A DNA stretch of 64,000 nucleotides from Myxococcota bacterium (GTDB taxonomy: Bacteria; Myxococcota_A; UBA796; SXON01), in the NCBI GenBank assembly GCA_040386535.1, contig JAZKFH010000003.1, forward strand, positions 192,001 through 256,000, read 5' to 3'. The position numbers and the translations under genes were made by a program. Of this stretch, positions 41,171 to 51,202 are shown piece by piece. Below the pieces are notes generated by a model. The model was not told the origin of the DNA. It saw only the letters and a program-made list of their open reading frames with translations, and ran no database searches. Within the stretch, counting starts at the first letter, position 1. Each line of letters starts with the position of its first letter.

Positions 41171-42454
41171 TCAGCCGACCCTCTTGAGCCCCTTGAGGCG
41201 CGCATCCACCCGCGGCGCCATTGCCGCAGCCACCGCGCCATCATGCCCCGGATGCGGCGCGATGTGGAACTCGACCGGCAATCCGCGCTCGAGACGGGCA
41301 TCGAGCCCCTTCCCCGCCGGGCCCAACAACATCGATCCGCCGCACTCTACCGTCGTTACGCCCGGAAGCACGGCGTGCAGCTCGGCGATCACCCCGCGCA
41401 TCGTGTCGGCCATCCGATCCAGCGCGGCGATGGCGTGGTCGTCGCCCGCGGTGAGGCCCTCGCGGAGGCGGTGCCCGACCACGCGCGGATCGAGCGGGGT
41501 CCCGAGGCGCCGACCGAGGTCCTCCGCGAGCCCGCGGTTGGACAGGTACGCGCGCGCGGCGCCCGCGAGCGGCAGGTAGGGGTGGGGCACCGCGTCGGGC
41601 CCAGCGTCAACGACGAGCCGGCCCATCTCGGTCGCGTAGACCATGCCGTTGGCGTCGATCCAGCAGCCGCCGAAGCTCGTGCCAATCTGGAGGCGGACGA
41701 GGCGCCGCGCGCCCTGCGCGGAGAGGTGCCGACCCAGGTTCGCCAGATCATTGAAGATCGCGACAGGGCCGTGCACGAGCCCCTCCGACACCCGCGCCGC
41801 GAACCCGTCGAAGGCGTGCACGTCGCCCACCTTCTCGCGCATCACGGTCGACAGCTCGATCACCCGCCCCCCGACGCCCATCGGGGAGGCGAAGCCGATG
41901 CCGAGCGAGCCGATGCGCTCGCCCTCCCCCACCTCTTCGATGAGGGCCCGGGCGCGGGCCTCCAGCGTGGCGATCCCGTGCTCGCCATCGGGCCAGGTCG
42001 GCGCCGACGCCACGCGGAGGAGCACGCCGTCACGGAGGACACAGGCCTTCATCCCGGTGCCGCCGATGTCGAGCCCAGCGGCGAGGCCCTCCGCGGGGAC
42101 GAACAGGGGCGGCACGTCCACGCTGGGCAGGTCGAAGTCGGGGCGGGTCGGCCGGATGGGCTCGTCGTCGAGGAAGATGCCGACGTGGTGGATGCGCCGC
42201 AGCGCGCCGAGCACGGGCTCGAGCTTCTCCGCGGGCACCGGGGCGAGGAGCTGCGCCGCCGCCGGGTTCGTGAGGATCACGGCGTTGTGGAGCCGCGCCA
42301 GCACGAGGCGCGCGGCGTCCGCGAAGGGAGGCGCGAACAGGATGTAGTCCCGGGCCATCGACGCCGAGGAGTACCCACTGTGGAGACGGAGGGTCCACGG
42401 GACGGCCCGCGGATGCAGCGCGAGCTCGGCCAGACGGTCATTGAGCGTGATCAT
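41171..42454 (-). CDS. ROK family protein with an N-terminal extension
   Basis: GLDIGGT, GIGFASP, FNDLAN, IGTSFGG, EMGR. Confidence 0.75.
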   Translation of the reverse strand: MITLNDRLAELALHPRAVPWTLRLHSGYSSASMARDYILFAPPFADAARLVLARLHNAVILTNPAAAQLLAPVPAEKLEPVLGALRRIHHVGIFLDDEPIRPTRPDFDLPSVDVPPLFVPAEGLAAGLDIGGTGMKACVLRDGVLLRVASAPTWPDGEHGIATLEARARALIEEVGEGERIGSLGIGFASPMGVGGRVIELSTVMREKVGDVHAFDGFAARVSEGLVHGPVAIFNDLANLGRHLSAQGARRLVRLQIGTSFGGCWIDANGMVYATEMGRLVVDAGPDAVPHPYLPLAGAARAYLSNRGLAEDLGRRLGTPLDPRVVGHRLREGLTAGDDHAIAALDRMADTMRGVIAELHAVLPGVTTVECGGSMLLGPAGKGLDARLERGLPVEFHIAPHPGHDGAVAAAMAPRVDARLKGLKRVG

Positions 42455-42531
42455 GGTTCTCCGGCCTATCGCGCGTGAACGGGCGGAGGCCGGTCCCTTC
42501 GTGTCGTTCCGGGGCATGCGCCCCGGGCCGG

Positions 42532-45048
42532 CTACCGGGCCTCGAGCTTCCCCACGCGGTCGCGCAACTTCCGGTTCTCTTCCACGAAGCTCTCCACCTG
42601 CCCGCGGAGCGTCGAGAGCCCCTCGGCCGAGGTGCGGCCCTCCCGGACGTTGGCGAGCGCCTCGAAGGCGAGACGGCGGCTCCGGCCGTCGCCTCCCGAG
42701 CTGTGCACGCGGGTCAGCACCGGGAGCGAGCGCGGATCGCGGAGCGCGCCGAGGGCGTTGAGCGCGGACACCTGGACGCGGAAGTTGCCGTCCTCCGCGA
42801 GCTCGACCAGGCGCTCGAGCACCGCGGTGCGCGTGGTGTCCACCTCGTCGCCGAGCTTCGCGAGCGCGGCACACGCCGCCGCACGCGCGCGCGCGGGCGC
42901 GTCGTCACGGGACTGCGCGAGCAGGGCGTCGAGGACCGAGGCGTCGCGCAGGTTGCCGAGCCCCTCGATGCCGCGTGCGCGCAGCACCTCACCCCACGAC
43001 TCGCGGGTCAGGAGGGCCTCGCAGACGGCGCGGGCGGCGGGTGCGCGCAGCTTGCCGAGGCTGCGGGCTACCTCACCCTCGACCTGGGCGGAGGGGTCCT
43101 TGGGGAGCGCGGCGAGGGCCTCGCCCACTTCGGGACGGCGGACCGAGCCGAGCGCGGCCACGATGCGACGGCGGGCCTTGGGGCTCGTGTCGCCGAGGGC
43201 GCCGAGCAAGGCTGCGGCGGCAACGTCGCCTCCGCGTGCGGCGAGCAGGTCGGCGATCTCGGCGCGCACACCCCAGAACGGATCCGCGACGAGCGCCGCG
43301 GCCAGGGCCTCGAACGCCGCGGTCGACCCTTCCGCGGCCAGGGCCCGCGCGACGCGGACGCGCCCGACCACGTTCGGATTCGCGGTGAGCGCGGCGACGA
43401 GCTGGGAGCGCGGGGCCTCGACCTTGATCTCGGCGAGCAGCTGGAAATCTGGATCGATCCGCACGAACGCGGGCCCACCCTGGCCAGCTTCCGACGGGCA
43501 CGGCAGGACGAACGTGCGCTCCCGTGCGTCGAGCTTGAGCGTGACCCGGTTGTCGCCGAACGCGACGACGAGCGGCACGTGGAAGACCGGCGCCACGCCG
43601 TCTCCTTCCTGGGTCTGCTTCACGGTAACGGTGAGCTGATCGTCGGCATGCGCGACCGACACGGTGAGCGCGGGGTGGCCGGAGCCGTGGATCCACGTGG
43701 CGAAGAACCGATCGAGGTTCTTGCCGGTGGCGTCCTCCATCGCGCGCTGGAAGTGGCGCGTGTGCACGGTGCCGTGCCGGTGGCGCTCGAGGTACAGGTG
43801 CACGCCGGCCCAGAAGGCCGTGTCGCCGAGCTGGTGCCGCAACGTGTGGATGACGAGGGCCGCCTTCTCGTAGAGGTGGCGGTCGAAGAGATCGATCGGC
43901 GACTTGAAGTGGTACGACACGATCGGGCGGCGATACCGGCCGCCGTCCTCGCCGAGGTAGGTCCCCATCTGCTCGAACAGGTGCCAGTCCGACGCGTCGA
44001 CCCCCTTGTCGACGCGCGACCAGAGGTGCTCGGTGTAGGTGGCCCAGCCCTCGTTGAGCCAGCCCTGGGACCAGTCTTGACACGTCAACAGGTCGCCGAA
44101 CCACTGGTGGGCGAGCTCGTGGACGATGAGGTCGTCCATGTCGCCGTCCATCGCCGCCACCTCGTCCATCAGGACGAGATCCGTGAGCGTGGTGGCCGCC
44201 ACGTTCTCCATGCCGCCGAAGATGAAGTCGTGCACGACGACCTGGTCGTAGCGGGGCCAGGGATACCGGCCGTAGATCGCGGAGAGGTGCGCCACCATCG
44301 CCGGGGTGCGGGCGAAGGTGCGCTCCACGAGCGCCGAGGACGTGCCGGCCGGGACGGCGTAGCGCACGGGGATGCCGTCCCACGCGTCCTCGTGGATGTC
44401 CATCTTCATCACGACGACGGTGACGAGGTAGGCGGGCATCGGCTCCGCCTGGTCCCACATCCAGGTCTGGCCGTCCCGCTCGACGAGGCGCCCGTTGGAG
44501 AGCACGCCGTACCCGGCGGGGGCCGTGACCCGGAGCGACCAGGGGTGCTTGACCGAGGGGTGGTCGAAGCAGGGGAAGAGAAAGTGGCCGTCCTCATCCT
44601 GGCACTGGGTCCAGGCCTCGGGGACCCGGTTCGGCTCGGCGGCGGTGGGCCCGACGAACCAGAGCCCGCGCCGCGGCGAGCCGTGCCAGCGGACGATCAC
44701 TTCGGTGGTGGGCGCGAGGTGGAGCTTTCCGTCCGCGTGCCGCCAGGGGTGGGGCGCGCCGGCGGGGGTCTCCACCGCGTCGACCGTGAGCTCGTCCAGG
44801 TCGAGCGCGTACCAGCCGTCCTGCCCGGGGAGCGGCGAGAGCCGGATCCGCGCGGAGCCGACCATCGTGCGCGCCACCGGATCGATCGAGAGATCGAGCG
44901 CGATGTGCTCGATCTTGCAGGCGCGATCGGGCGTGTAGCTCGGCTCGGTGCCCGGCTCGGCGAACGCTCGGCGCTTCGCCAGCGCCCACCCGCCGAAGCG
45001 GGCCTCCTGTTCGAGGCTCTTGTCGGTCAGGAAGCTAGCCATGCCCAT
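42532..45048 (-). CDS. M1 family aminopeptidase with HEAT repeats
   Basis: FPCFDHP, GGMEN, HELAHQWFGD, WLNEG, LYEK; C-terminal HEAT repeats. Confidence 0.92.
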   Translation of the reverse strand: MGMASFLTDKSLEQEARFGGWALAKRRAFAEPGTEPSYTPDRACKIEHIALDLSIDPVARTMVGSARIRLSPLPGQDGWYALDLDELTVDAVETPAGAPHPWRHADGKLHLAPTTEVIVRWHGSPRRGLWFVGPTAAEPNRVPEAWTQCQDEDGHFLFPCFDHPSVKHPWSLRVTAPAGYGVLSNGRLVERDGQTWMWDQAEPMPAYLVTVVVMKMDIHEDAWDGIPVRYAVPAGTSSALVERTFARTPAMVAHLSAIYGRYPWPRYDQVVVHDFIFGGMENVAATTLTDLVLMDEVAAMDGDMDDLIVHELAHQWFGDLLTCQDWSQGWLNEGWATYTEHLWSRVDKGVDASDWHLFEQMGTYLGEDGGRYRRPIVSYHFKSPIDLFDRHLYEKAALVIHTLRHQLGDTAFWAGVHLYLERHRHGTVHTRHFQRAMEDATGKNLDRFFATWIHGSGHPALTVSVAHADDQLTVTVKQTQEGDGVAPVFHVPLVVAFGDNRVTLKLDARERTFVLPCPSEAGQGGPAFVRIDPDFQLLAEIKVEAPRSQLVAALTANPNVVGRVRVARALAAEGSTAAFEALAAALVADPFWGVRAEIADLLAARGGDVAAAALLGALGDTSPKARRRIVAALGSVRRPEVGEALAALPKDPSAQVEGEVARSLGKLRAPAARAVCEALLTRESWGEVLRARGIEGLGNLRDASVLDALLAQSRDDAPARARAAACAALAKLGDEVDTTRTAVLERLVELAEDGNFRVQVSALNALGALRDPRSLPVLTRVHSSGGDGRSRRLAFEALANVREGRTSAEGLSTLRGQVESFVEENRKLRDRVGKLEAR

Positions 45049-45105
45049 ACCTCGAGGGGTCGGCCGCCTAACATGGTGGCGGCGACCCCGTGGGGGCATG
45101 GCGCG

Positions 45106-45447
45106 CTACGCCTGCGGGATGCGCTCGGCGCGGGCCTCGGCCACGGTGAGCAGGCGCTCCATCGCGTAGCTGTGGTGCAGGCCGGTGCTCGCCACGAGCG
45201 GCTGCCCGTCCTTGAACACGAGCAGCGCCGGCGCCTCGTCGACACAGAACGTGCCCGCGAGGCGGGGGTTGTGCTTCAGGTTGACCTTGAGCACCCGCAC
45301 CGAGGGGTGCTCGGCGGCGAAGCGCTCGAGGATGGGCCCCTGCACGCCGCTCTTGCCGGACGTGGGCGCCCAGAAGTCCACCAGCGTGACCCCGGGGGCG
45401 AGCAGCACGTCCTTGCTGAAGGTCTTGTCGTTGGTCTCTCGGATCAT
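45106..45447 (-). CDS. thioredoxin-fold protein without CxxC
   Basis: LVDFWAPTSGKS, LKVN, P.LLVFKDG; GGAG RBS. Confidence 0.8.
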   Translation of the reverse strand: MIRETNDKTFSKDVLLAPGVTLVDFWAPTSGKSGVQGPILERFAAEHPSVRVLKVNLKHNPRLAGTFCVDEAPALLVFKDGQPLVASTGLHHSYAMERLLTVAEARAERIPQA

Positions 45448-45572
45448 GGTTTGCTCCAGGACCCCGACCCTACGAAACCCGCCGCGCACGGGCGCCCCCC
45501 GCGGGCAGGAGGCCCGTGGGAGCGCTTCGTTACCGGAGGGCGCCGAGGGGGGCGGCGGCCGTTGATGCAACC

Positions 45573-45600
45573 AACCTAGGACCCGTCGCGACAGCGTCAA
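45573..45600 (-). promoter_or_regulatory. putative sigma70-type promoter for the thioredoxin-like gene
   Basis: TTGACG-N16-TAGGTT on the minus strand. Confidence 0.45.
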
Positions 45601-45636
45601 GGGCTCGTGTCAAGAGCCCGAGCTCAGGTCACGCGC

Positions 45637-46410
45637 TCAGGTCGCCGGCGCCTGCTGCAACCGGGACGGATCCGGGAGGAGGATGTACCCGGTGTCCATG
45701 TCCCCGAGGAACGCGCAGCCGTCGGGGCCGACCTGCCCCAGGTACGCCGCGACGTAGGCGCACACGAGCGCTTCGAGGCGCTCTTCGAGCTCGCCGAGGC
45801 GCGTGCCGTTCAGGTCGGGCAGGTGCGCGTCCATCAGCTGATCGAGCTCGGGCGACAGGTGGAGACGCGGCGTGCCGCTCTCGATCATGCGCTCCTCGAT
45901 GAGCTCGCGGAGACGGTCGACCGCCTCCTTGCGGCCACCGATCGGGCCCGACTTCATGCGGATCGGACGATCGACGCCGAGCAGCAGGATCTGCGCGGCC
46001 TGCGTGTGGGTCTCGACGATGCGATCCCCCTCGGAGGCCGGGTTCGGGTCGAACCCCATGCGCATGAGCGCGCGGCCCATCGTGCGCGGATGGCTCGCGG
46101 AGACCGAGTTGTTCGCGTACTCGTCGATGCGGTAGCGCGAGAAGTGCTCGAGCAACGCGCGATCACACGGGCGGGAGCCCGAGAGGTTGTCTACGATGAT
46201 GGGGGCGTTGACGACGAGCGTGGCGCTGCCGCGACCACGATTCCGGGTGATCCACCGGAGCGTGTCCTCGTGACTGCGGAGCGAGTCCGCCGAGACCATG
46301 CGTACGCCGCCGTCCTCGGTGGGCTCGAGCACCACACCGCCCGAGCTGTCCCGCGGGGTCCAGCCGAGATCGAGGCCGAGGTATCGAATCCTGCGCAACC
46401 TGCCCTCCAC
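45637..46410 (-). CDS. DUF429-like protein (predicted RNase H-fold nuclease)
   Basis: YLGLDLGW, NAPIIVDN.SGSRPCD, IVETH. Confidence 0.75.
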   Translation of the reverse strand: MEGRLRRIRYLGLDLGWTPRDSSGGVVLEPTEDGGVRMVSADSLRSHEDTLRWITRNRGRGSATLVVNAPIIVDNLSGSRPCDRALLEHFSRYRIDEYANNSVSASHPRTMGRALMRMGFDPNPASEGDRIVETHTQAAQILLLGVDRPIRMKSGPIGGRKEAVDRLRELIEERMIESGTPRLHLSPELDQLMDAHLPDLNGTRLGELEERLEALVCAYVAAYLGQVGPDGCAFLGDMDTGYILLPDPSRLQQAPAT

Positions 46411-46411
46411 G

Positions 46412-47983
46412 TCACTTCCACCGGTTCAACAGGCCGCCGACAGCCATCCGTGCTCCGGACAGCCGCGCTCCCCCCGGACGCGTGAGCTCGACGAGCCCTC
46501 GCGCCATGTCGACGAGGTTGTCCCCATAGGGGTACCACCACATCTCCTTCTTGCCGCGAGAGCGGTCCACACACACCGTGCGTGGCTGCACCAGCGCCTC
46601 GAGCCCGAACCGGGACCCGGTGACGCCGTAGCCGCTCTCCTTGCGCCCACCCCACGCGGCCGCACCCATGGGCCCCGTGAAGCAGCAATTGTTCACGAAG
46701 GACACCCCGGTCGTGATCCGGGCGGCCAGCGCCTCGGCACGACGGAGATCCTTGCTCCAGACCGACGCGGTCAGCCCGTAGGGCGACGCGTTCGCGCGGG
46801 TCACGGCCTCGTCCTCCGTCGCGAAGGACGCGATCGGGAACAGGGGGCCGAAGGTCTCTTCACGCATGACCGCCATGTCGTCCGTCACGCCGGTGAGGAC
46901 CGTGGGCGGGTAGTGGTACCCCTCCCCCGTCGGCTCCCCGCCCGCGCGAACCACAGCGCCGGCCGCGACCGCCGCGGTGACGTGCCCGTGCACCTTCTGC
47001 ACCGCCGCGGCGTTGATGAGCGGCCCCACGTCGGGGGTCCCCGAAGCGGCGCCCATGCGGAGCGCCTTGGTGGCCGCGACGACCTTCTCGACGAACACGT
47101 CATGGATCCGCGCGTCGACATACACGCGCTCGACCGAGGCGCAGTCCTGGCCGGCGTTGTGGAACGCGCCCCAGACCAGCCCGTTGACGGTGCGCTCGAG
47201 ATCCGCGTCGTGAAGCACGATCGCCGGATCCTTGCTGCCGAGCTCGAGGGAGGTCGGCAGCAGCCGCGCCGCGGCGCGCTGGGCGACAGCCCGGCCGGAG
47301 GCGACGCTGCCGGTGAACACGATGCGATCGACCCCACCGTCGATCAGCGCGGCGCCCTGCGTGGGGCCGCCCTGCACGGTGATGACGAGGTCGGTGGGGA
47401 ACGCGGCCTTGAAGATCGAGTCCAGCAGCGCGCCGCAGCGGGCGGCGTACTCGGACGGCTTCCACACCACCGCGTTGCCCGCCAGCACCGCCGGCACGAT
47501 GGTGCGCAGCGGCAGGTGGATCGGGTAGTTCCACGGCATGATCAGGCCGACCACGCCGATGGGCTCGAGGCGCAGGACAACGTCCTTGCCGGGGTAGTTG
47601 ATCGGGCTGAGCGGCACGGGAATGTCGGCCAGCTCGTCATCGATCATCTCGAGCCACGTGTCGAACAGCTCCTGGGCGGTGACGACCTCACTCGTCCATG
47701 CTTCCCCGGGGGGCTTTCCGATCTCGGCGACCAGCATGTCGACGATCTCGGGACCGCGGCTCAGGAAGACATCGGCGAGGCGACGAATGGCGCCCTTCCG
47801 CTCGTCCAGCGGCTTGGCCGCCCAGGCCGCGCCAGCCACGCGGGCACGTGCGACGAGCCCGGCCACGTCCGCCTCGGGAGTGACCGGCATCTCGCCCACG
47901 CTCACGCCGGTGCGCGGGTCCCGCAAGGGAAGCGCGTCGGTGTGGAGCGTAGCGTGCGGGGACTCGCCGAGGTGTGCCATCAA
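46412..47983 (-). CDS. aldehyde dehydrogenase
   Basis: PWNYP, KPSE, FTGS, LELGSKDP, NAGQDC, EETFGP. Confidence 0.93.
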   Translation of the reverse strand: MMAHLGESPHATLHTDALPLRDPRTGVSVGEMPVTPEADVAGLVARARVAGAAWAAKPLDERKGAIRRLADVFLSRGPEIVDMLVAEIGKPPGEAWTSEVVTAQELFDTWLEMIDDELADIPVPLSPINYPGKDVVLRLEPIGVVGLIMPWNYPIHLPLRTIVPAVLAGNAVVWKPSEYAARCGALLDSIFKAAFPTDLVITVQGGPTQGAALIDGGVDRIVFTGSVASGRAVAQRAAARLLPTSLELGSKDPAIVLHDADLERTVNGLVWGAFHNAGQDCASVERVYVDARIHDVFVEKVVAATKALRMGAASGTPDVGPLINAAAVQKVHGHVTAAVAAGAVVRAGGEPTGEGYHYPPTVLTGVTDDMAVMREETFGPLFPIASFATEDEAVTRANASPYGLTASVWSKDLRRAEALAARITTGVSFVNNCCFTGPMGAAAWGGRKESGYGVTGSRFGLEALVQPRTVCVDRSRGKKEMWWYPYGDNLVDMARGLVELTRPGGARLSGARMAVGGLLNRWK

Positions 47984-47998
47984 ACCCCCGTATCGCGT

Positions 47999-50900
47999 CT
48001 ACGGTCGTGGCGCTCCCCCCATGGCCCAGCGCGCGACGGGGCTCTCCACGAACCGCTCCCGGAACGGACCGAAGAGGCCGTCCAGGGCCACGGCGAGAAT
48101 CCCCCGGGCCTCGGCGCGGTCGGCGGCGTCACGACGCCCGTGGAGGATCTCCAGGAGCAGCAGCTGGTCGCCGGACAGGCGGGCCTCCACCGCCGCGGCA
48201 GACAGGACGTCCCCGTCGCGACCCGTGCGTCCTCCCGCGAGCAGCAGGCGCGCCTGGAGACCGGGCGCCCCGATGCCGGCGAGCGTGTCCACGGCCTCGA
48301 CCACGGCCGCGCTGTCGACGGTCAGGATGCCGACCATGCCGCCGTGGAAGGCCTGGGCGATTCGATCGGGCACGGCGGCGGCGCCCTCGGCCGCGCGGAG
48401 GTGTACCGCGAGGGCCGCCGGCGCATCCCCCGCCGCGGCGCGCAGGTCGGCCAGGGTGCCCAGGTAGTCCACGCGCACGGGCCAGGGCGCAGACGGGTCC
48501 CCACACGCGGCGTGCGCCACGAGCAGCGCGTGCGCGCCGTCGGCGTCCCCGACGGACAGGTGGACCCGCGCCCGGCCGACGGCCACCGACGCGGCGCTGA
48601 ACGGCGCGTTGCGCTCGCCCACGAGCTCGGACGCCGTTCGCAGCGACTCCAGCGCCGCGGCGAGGCGCCCGCTGGCCCGTTGGAGCTCCGCGAGGCGCAC
48701 CAGGGCCTCGCACCCCGCGAGCGTCCGATCGACGGCGCGGAGCTCGGCGGCGAGCACGCGGTACAGCGACATGGCCCGCTGCGGATCGCCCCGGAGCGCG
48801 ATGATCCGCGCATCGCCCAGGCGCGCCGCCACGCCGACGCGGTCCACCGGGCCGGGCGCGGCCCGATCGAGCGCCCGGTGGAAGGCCGCGAGCGCGGCGT
48901 CGAGGTCGCCCTCCGCGTACCGCACGCCCGCGCCGGCCAGGAGCGCGCGCGCCGAGGCCTCCGGGGGCGTATCCGACACGTAGGCACGCGGCTCGGCGGG
49001 GAGGTGCGTGCCGAGGAGCAGCGCCAGGTCGAGGTGCGCGAGACCTACACGTCCGGTGAGCGCATCGTCGTCCACCGCGAGGGCGAGGGTCCGGCCCGCC
49101 TCCAGGGCGCTCCGGGCCTCGGCGAGCCGCCCGAGCGCACACAACGCGTCACACCGCGCGAGGGCCAACGTGGCGAGCACGTGGCCGTCCCCGATGGGGA
49201 GCCGCGTGGCGGCGTCGAGCAGGTCGAGGCCCTGGAGGGGCCGGCCGCCGCCGACGAGCCAGTCGCCGAGCTGGACGAGGCGCTGGGTCTCGTGGGGGTC
49301 ACGGGCGCCGCGTGCGAGGTGGAGGAGCAGGAAACGCTGCTCCCACTCGCGCACCGGGCGGCGCCCTGCCGCGTCCGCGAGGCGCAGGTGCAGATCCCGC
49401 TGCAGGTCCTCCGGGATGCCGTTGAGGAGCACCGGCTCGAGCACGGCGCGCCGCAGCGACACCCACTCCTCGCCCGCGCGCAGCGTCACCTCGACCAGCC
49501 CGTGCCGCAGCGCCGGGCCGAGCTCCTCGCCGGACGGATCCGCGGCCGCCACCAGCAGGAGCAGATCGAGCGGCACGGGCTCGCCGGCGACCGCGATCGC
49601 CTGGACGATCGCCAGGGTGGCCGCCGGGAGCTTCGCGAGCGCGCGCCCGAACAGGCGCGTGGTGTCCTCCCCCGGGAGCAGGCGCGTCGACGGGTCCCAC
49701 GCCCACCGCGGCCGCCCGTCCTCGCCCATGCCCTGGCACCAGACCGCGCCGCGCTCCACCTGCTCGCGCAGCACCCCCGTCACGAGCGCCGGGAGCCCGC
49801 CGGTGGTGCGCATCATCGCGAGATCGAGCCCGGGCGGCACCGTGGGCGTACCCAGCATCGTGCCGATCTGCGTGCGCACCTCGGCCGACGTGAGCGGGCG
49901 GAGGGTGATCTCGCGGCCCCTCGGGATCGGCGGGAGCGCGCGGCCCGTGAGCACCATCGCGATCCCCGGCACCTGCGCGATCCGGTCGACCAGCTCCGCG
50001 CAGCCCGCGGGGGCCAGATCGAGGTCCTCGATCACCACGAGGACACGCCCGTCCTGGGCGAGGAGCGTGCCGAGGACACCGAGCACGCCGGGCAGATCGG
50101 GCACCAGGGGGCCGGCGATCGTGTCGAGCTCGCGCGCGAGCACGGCGACGATCTCGTCGGGACCGACCCGTGCGCGGCAACGCACCGTCGTGTACTCGAT
50201 GCGCGCCTCCCGAGCGAGGGCCACGGCGTGCCGCGCGACGACCCCCAGCCCCGAACCCAGCTCGCCGTGCACCCGGAGCACGCCGCCGCCGTCGAGCACC
50301 GCCTGGATCGAGCCGGTGGCGGCCTCGCGCCCGAGCATGTCGGGCGTCCCCACCTCGCGCAGCTCGCCGCGGCTGCCGGTGAGTTGGGCGAGCGCGACGG
50401 AGGCGGACGCGGGCCGGGCGGAGGGGTCCCTCGCCATGAGCCGCCCGACGAGGGCCGCGAGCCGCTCCGGGATCTCCGGCACCCGCTCGGCGATCGGAGT
50501 CGCGCCGGCAGCGCGGTGTGCCTGGAGGTAGCCCGCGAGGCCCGTCGCCTGGTAGGGACGTTCGCCCACCAGCGCCTCGTACAGGGTGATCCCGAGGCTG
50601 TAGAGGTCGCAGCGGTGGTCGGTCTCCGCGCCGGCGATCTGCTCGGGCGCCATGTAGGCGTGCGTGCCGAGCACGTCGCCGAGCGTGGTGGTGAGCGGAT
50701 CGCTGCTGTCTGCTGCGAGGCCGAGATCGACGAGGACGACGCGCCCGTCCGCGCCCATCCACACGTTGCTGGCCTTGATGTCGCGGTGCACGATCCCGTT
50801 CGCGTGCAGGCCCGCCAGGATGCGCAGCGCCGAGGAGGCGAGGTGCAGCCCCTCCTCCGGCGTCAGCGGGCCGGCGCGGAGCCGGACGTCGAGCGAGGCG

Positions 50901-51157
50901 CCCTCGAGCAGCTCCAGCACGAGCACCGGCTGCTCGCCCTCGATCACGGCAAAACACTGCACCAACCCCGGGAGGGTGAGCCGCTGGAGCAGCCGCCCTT
51001 CCCGCACGAACCGCTTGCGCAGCCCGGAGCGCTCTGGCTCGCGCAGCACCTTGAACGCCACGTCCCGCCCGCGCCAGACGCCGCGGAACACGTCGGCGAT
51101 GCCCCCCTCGCCGATCCGTTCGGCGAACTCGAGGCCCGGGAGGAGGCTGAAGGGCAT
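47999..51157 (-). CDS. Ser/Thr kinase fused to a degenerate AAA/STAND-like domain and TPR-like repeats
   Basis: IGEGG, VAFK, HRDIKASN, DLG, YMAPE; MLGRE..., GELGSGLG, IEDLD, TGGLP. Confidence 0.85.
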   Translation of the reverse strand: MPFSLLPGLEFAERIGEGGIADVFRGVWRGRDVAFKVLREPERSGLRKRFVREGRLLQRLTLPGLVQCFAVIEGEQPVLVLELLEGASLDVRLRAGPLTPEEGLHLASSALRILAGLHANGIVHRDIKASNVWMGADGRVVLVDLGLAADSSDPLTTTLGDVLGTHAYMAPEQIAGAETDHRCDLYSLGITLYEALVGERPYQATGLAGYLQAHRAAGATPIAERVPEIPERLAALVGRLMARDPSARPASASVALAQLTGSRGELREVGTPDMLGREAATGSIQAVLDGGGVLRVHGELGSGLGVVARHAVALAREARIEYTTVRCRARVGPDEIVAVLARELDTIAGPLVPDLPGVLGVLGTLLAQDGRVLVVIEDLDLAPAGCAELVDRIAQVPGIAMVLTGRALPPIPRGREITLRPLTSAEVRTQIGTMLGTPTVPPGLDLAMMRTTGGLPALVTGVLREQVERGAVWCQGMGEDGRPRWAWDPSTRLLPGEDTTRLFGRALAKLPAATLAIVQAIAVAGEPVPLDLLLLVAAADPSGEELGPALRHGLVEVTLRAGEEWVSLRRAVLEPVLLNGIPEDLQRDLHLRLADAAGRRPVREWEQRFLLLHLARGARDPHETQRLVQLGDWLVGGGRPLQGLDLLDAATRLPIGDGHVLATLALARCDALCALGRLAEARSALEAGRTLALAVDDDALTGRVGLAHLDLALLLGTHLPAEPRAYVSDTPPEASARALLAGAGVRYAEGDLDAALAAFHRALDRAAPGPVDRVGVAARLGDARIIALRGDPQRAMSLYRVLAAELRAVDRTLAGCEALVRLAELQRASGRLAAALESLRTASELVGERNAPFSAASVAVGRARVHLSVGDADGAHALLVAHAACGDPSAPWPVRVDYLGTLADLRAAAGDAPAALAVHLRAAEGAAAVPDRIAQAFHGGMVGILTVDSAAVVEAVDTLAGIGAPGLQARLLLAGGRTGRDGDVLSAAAVEARLSGDQLLLLEILHGRRDAADRAEARGILAVALDGLFGPFRERFVESPVARWAMGGAPRP

Positions 51158-51202
51158 GGACGCGGATGATACCGCACCGCGCCCCCTGCGGATGCCGCCG
51201 CG

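Noticed and set aside
45340..45375. Selenocysteine recoding in the thioredoxin active site
   Set aside because: Codons are TCC and AGC (Ser); no in-frame TGA
46298..51169. 1623-aa plus-strand ORF and similar long ORFs (42475-45579, 61176-63782)
   Set aside because: Antisense shadows of well-supported minus-strand genes; expected in high-GC DNA and carry no motifs
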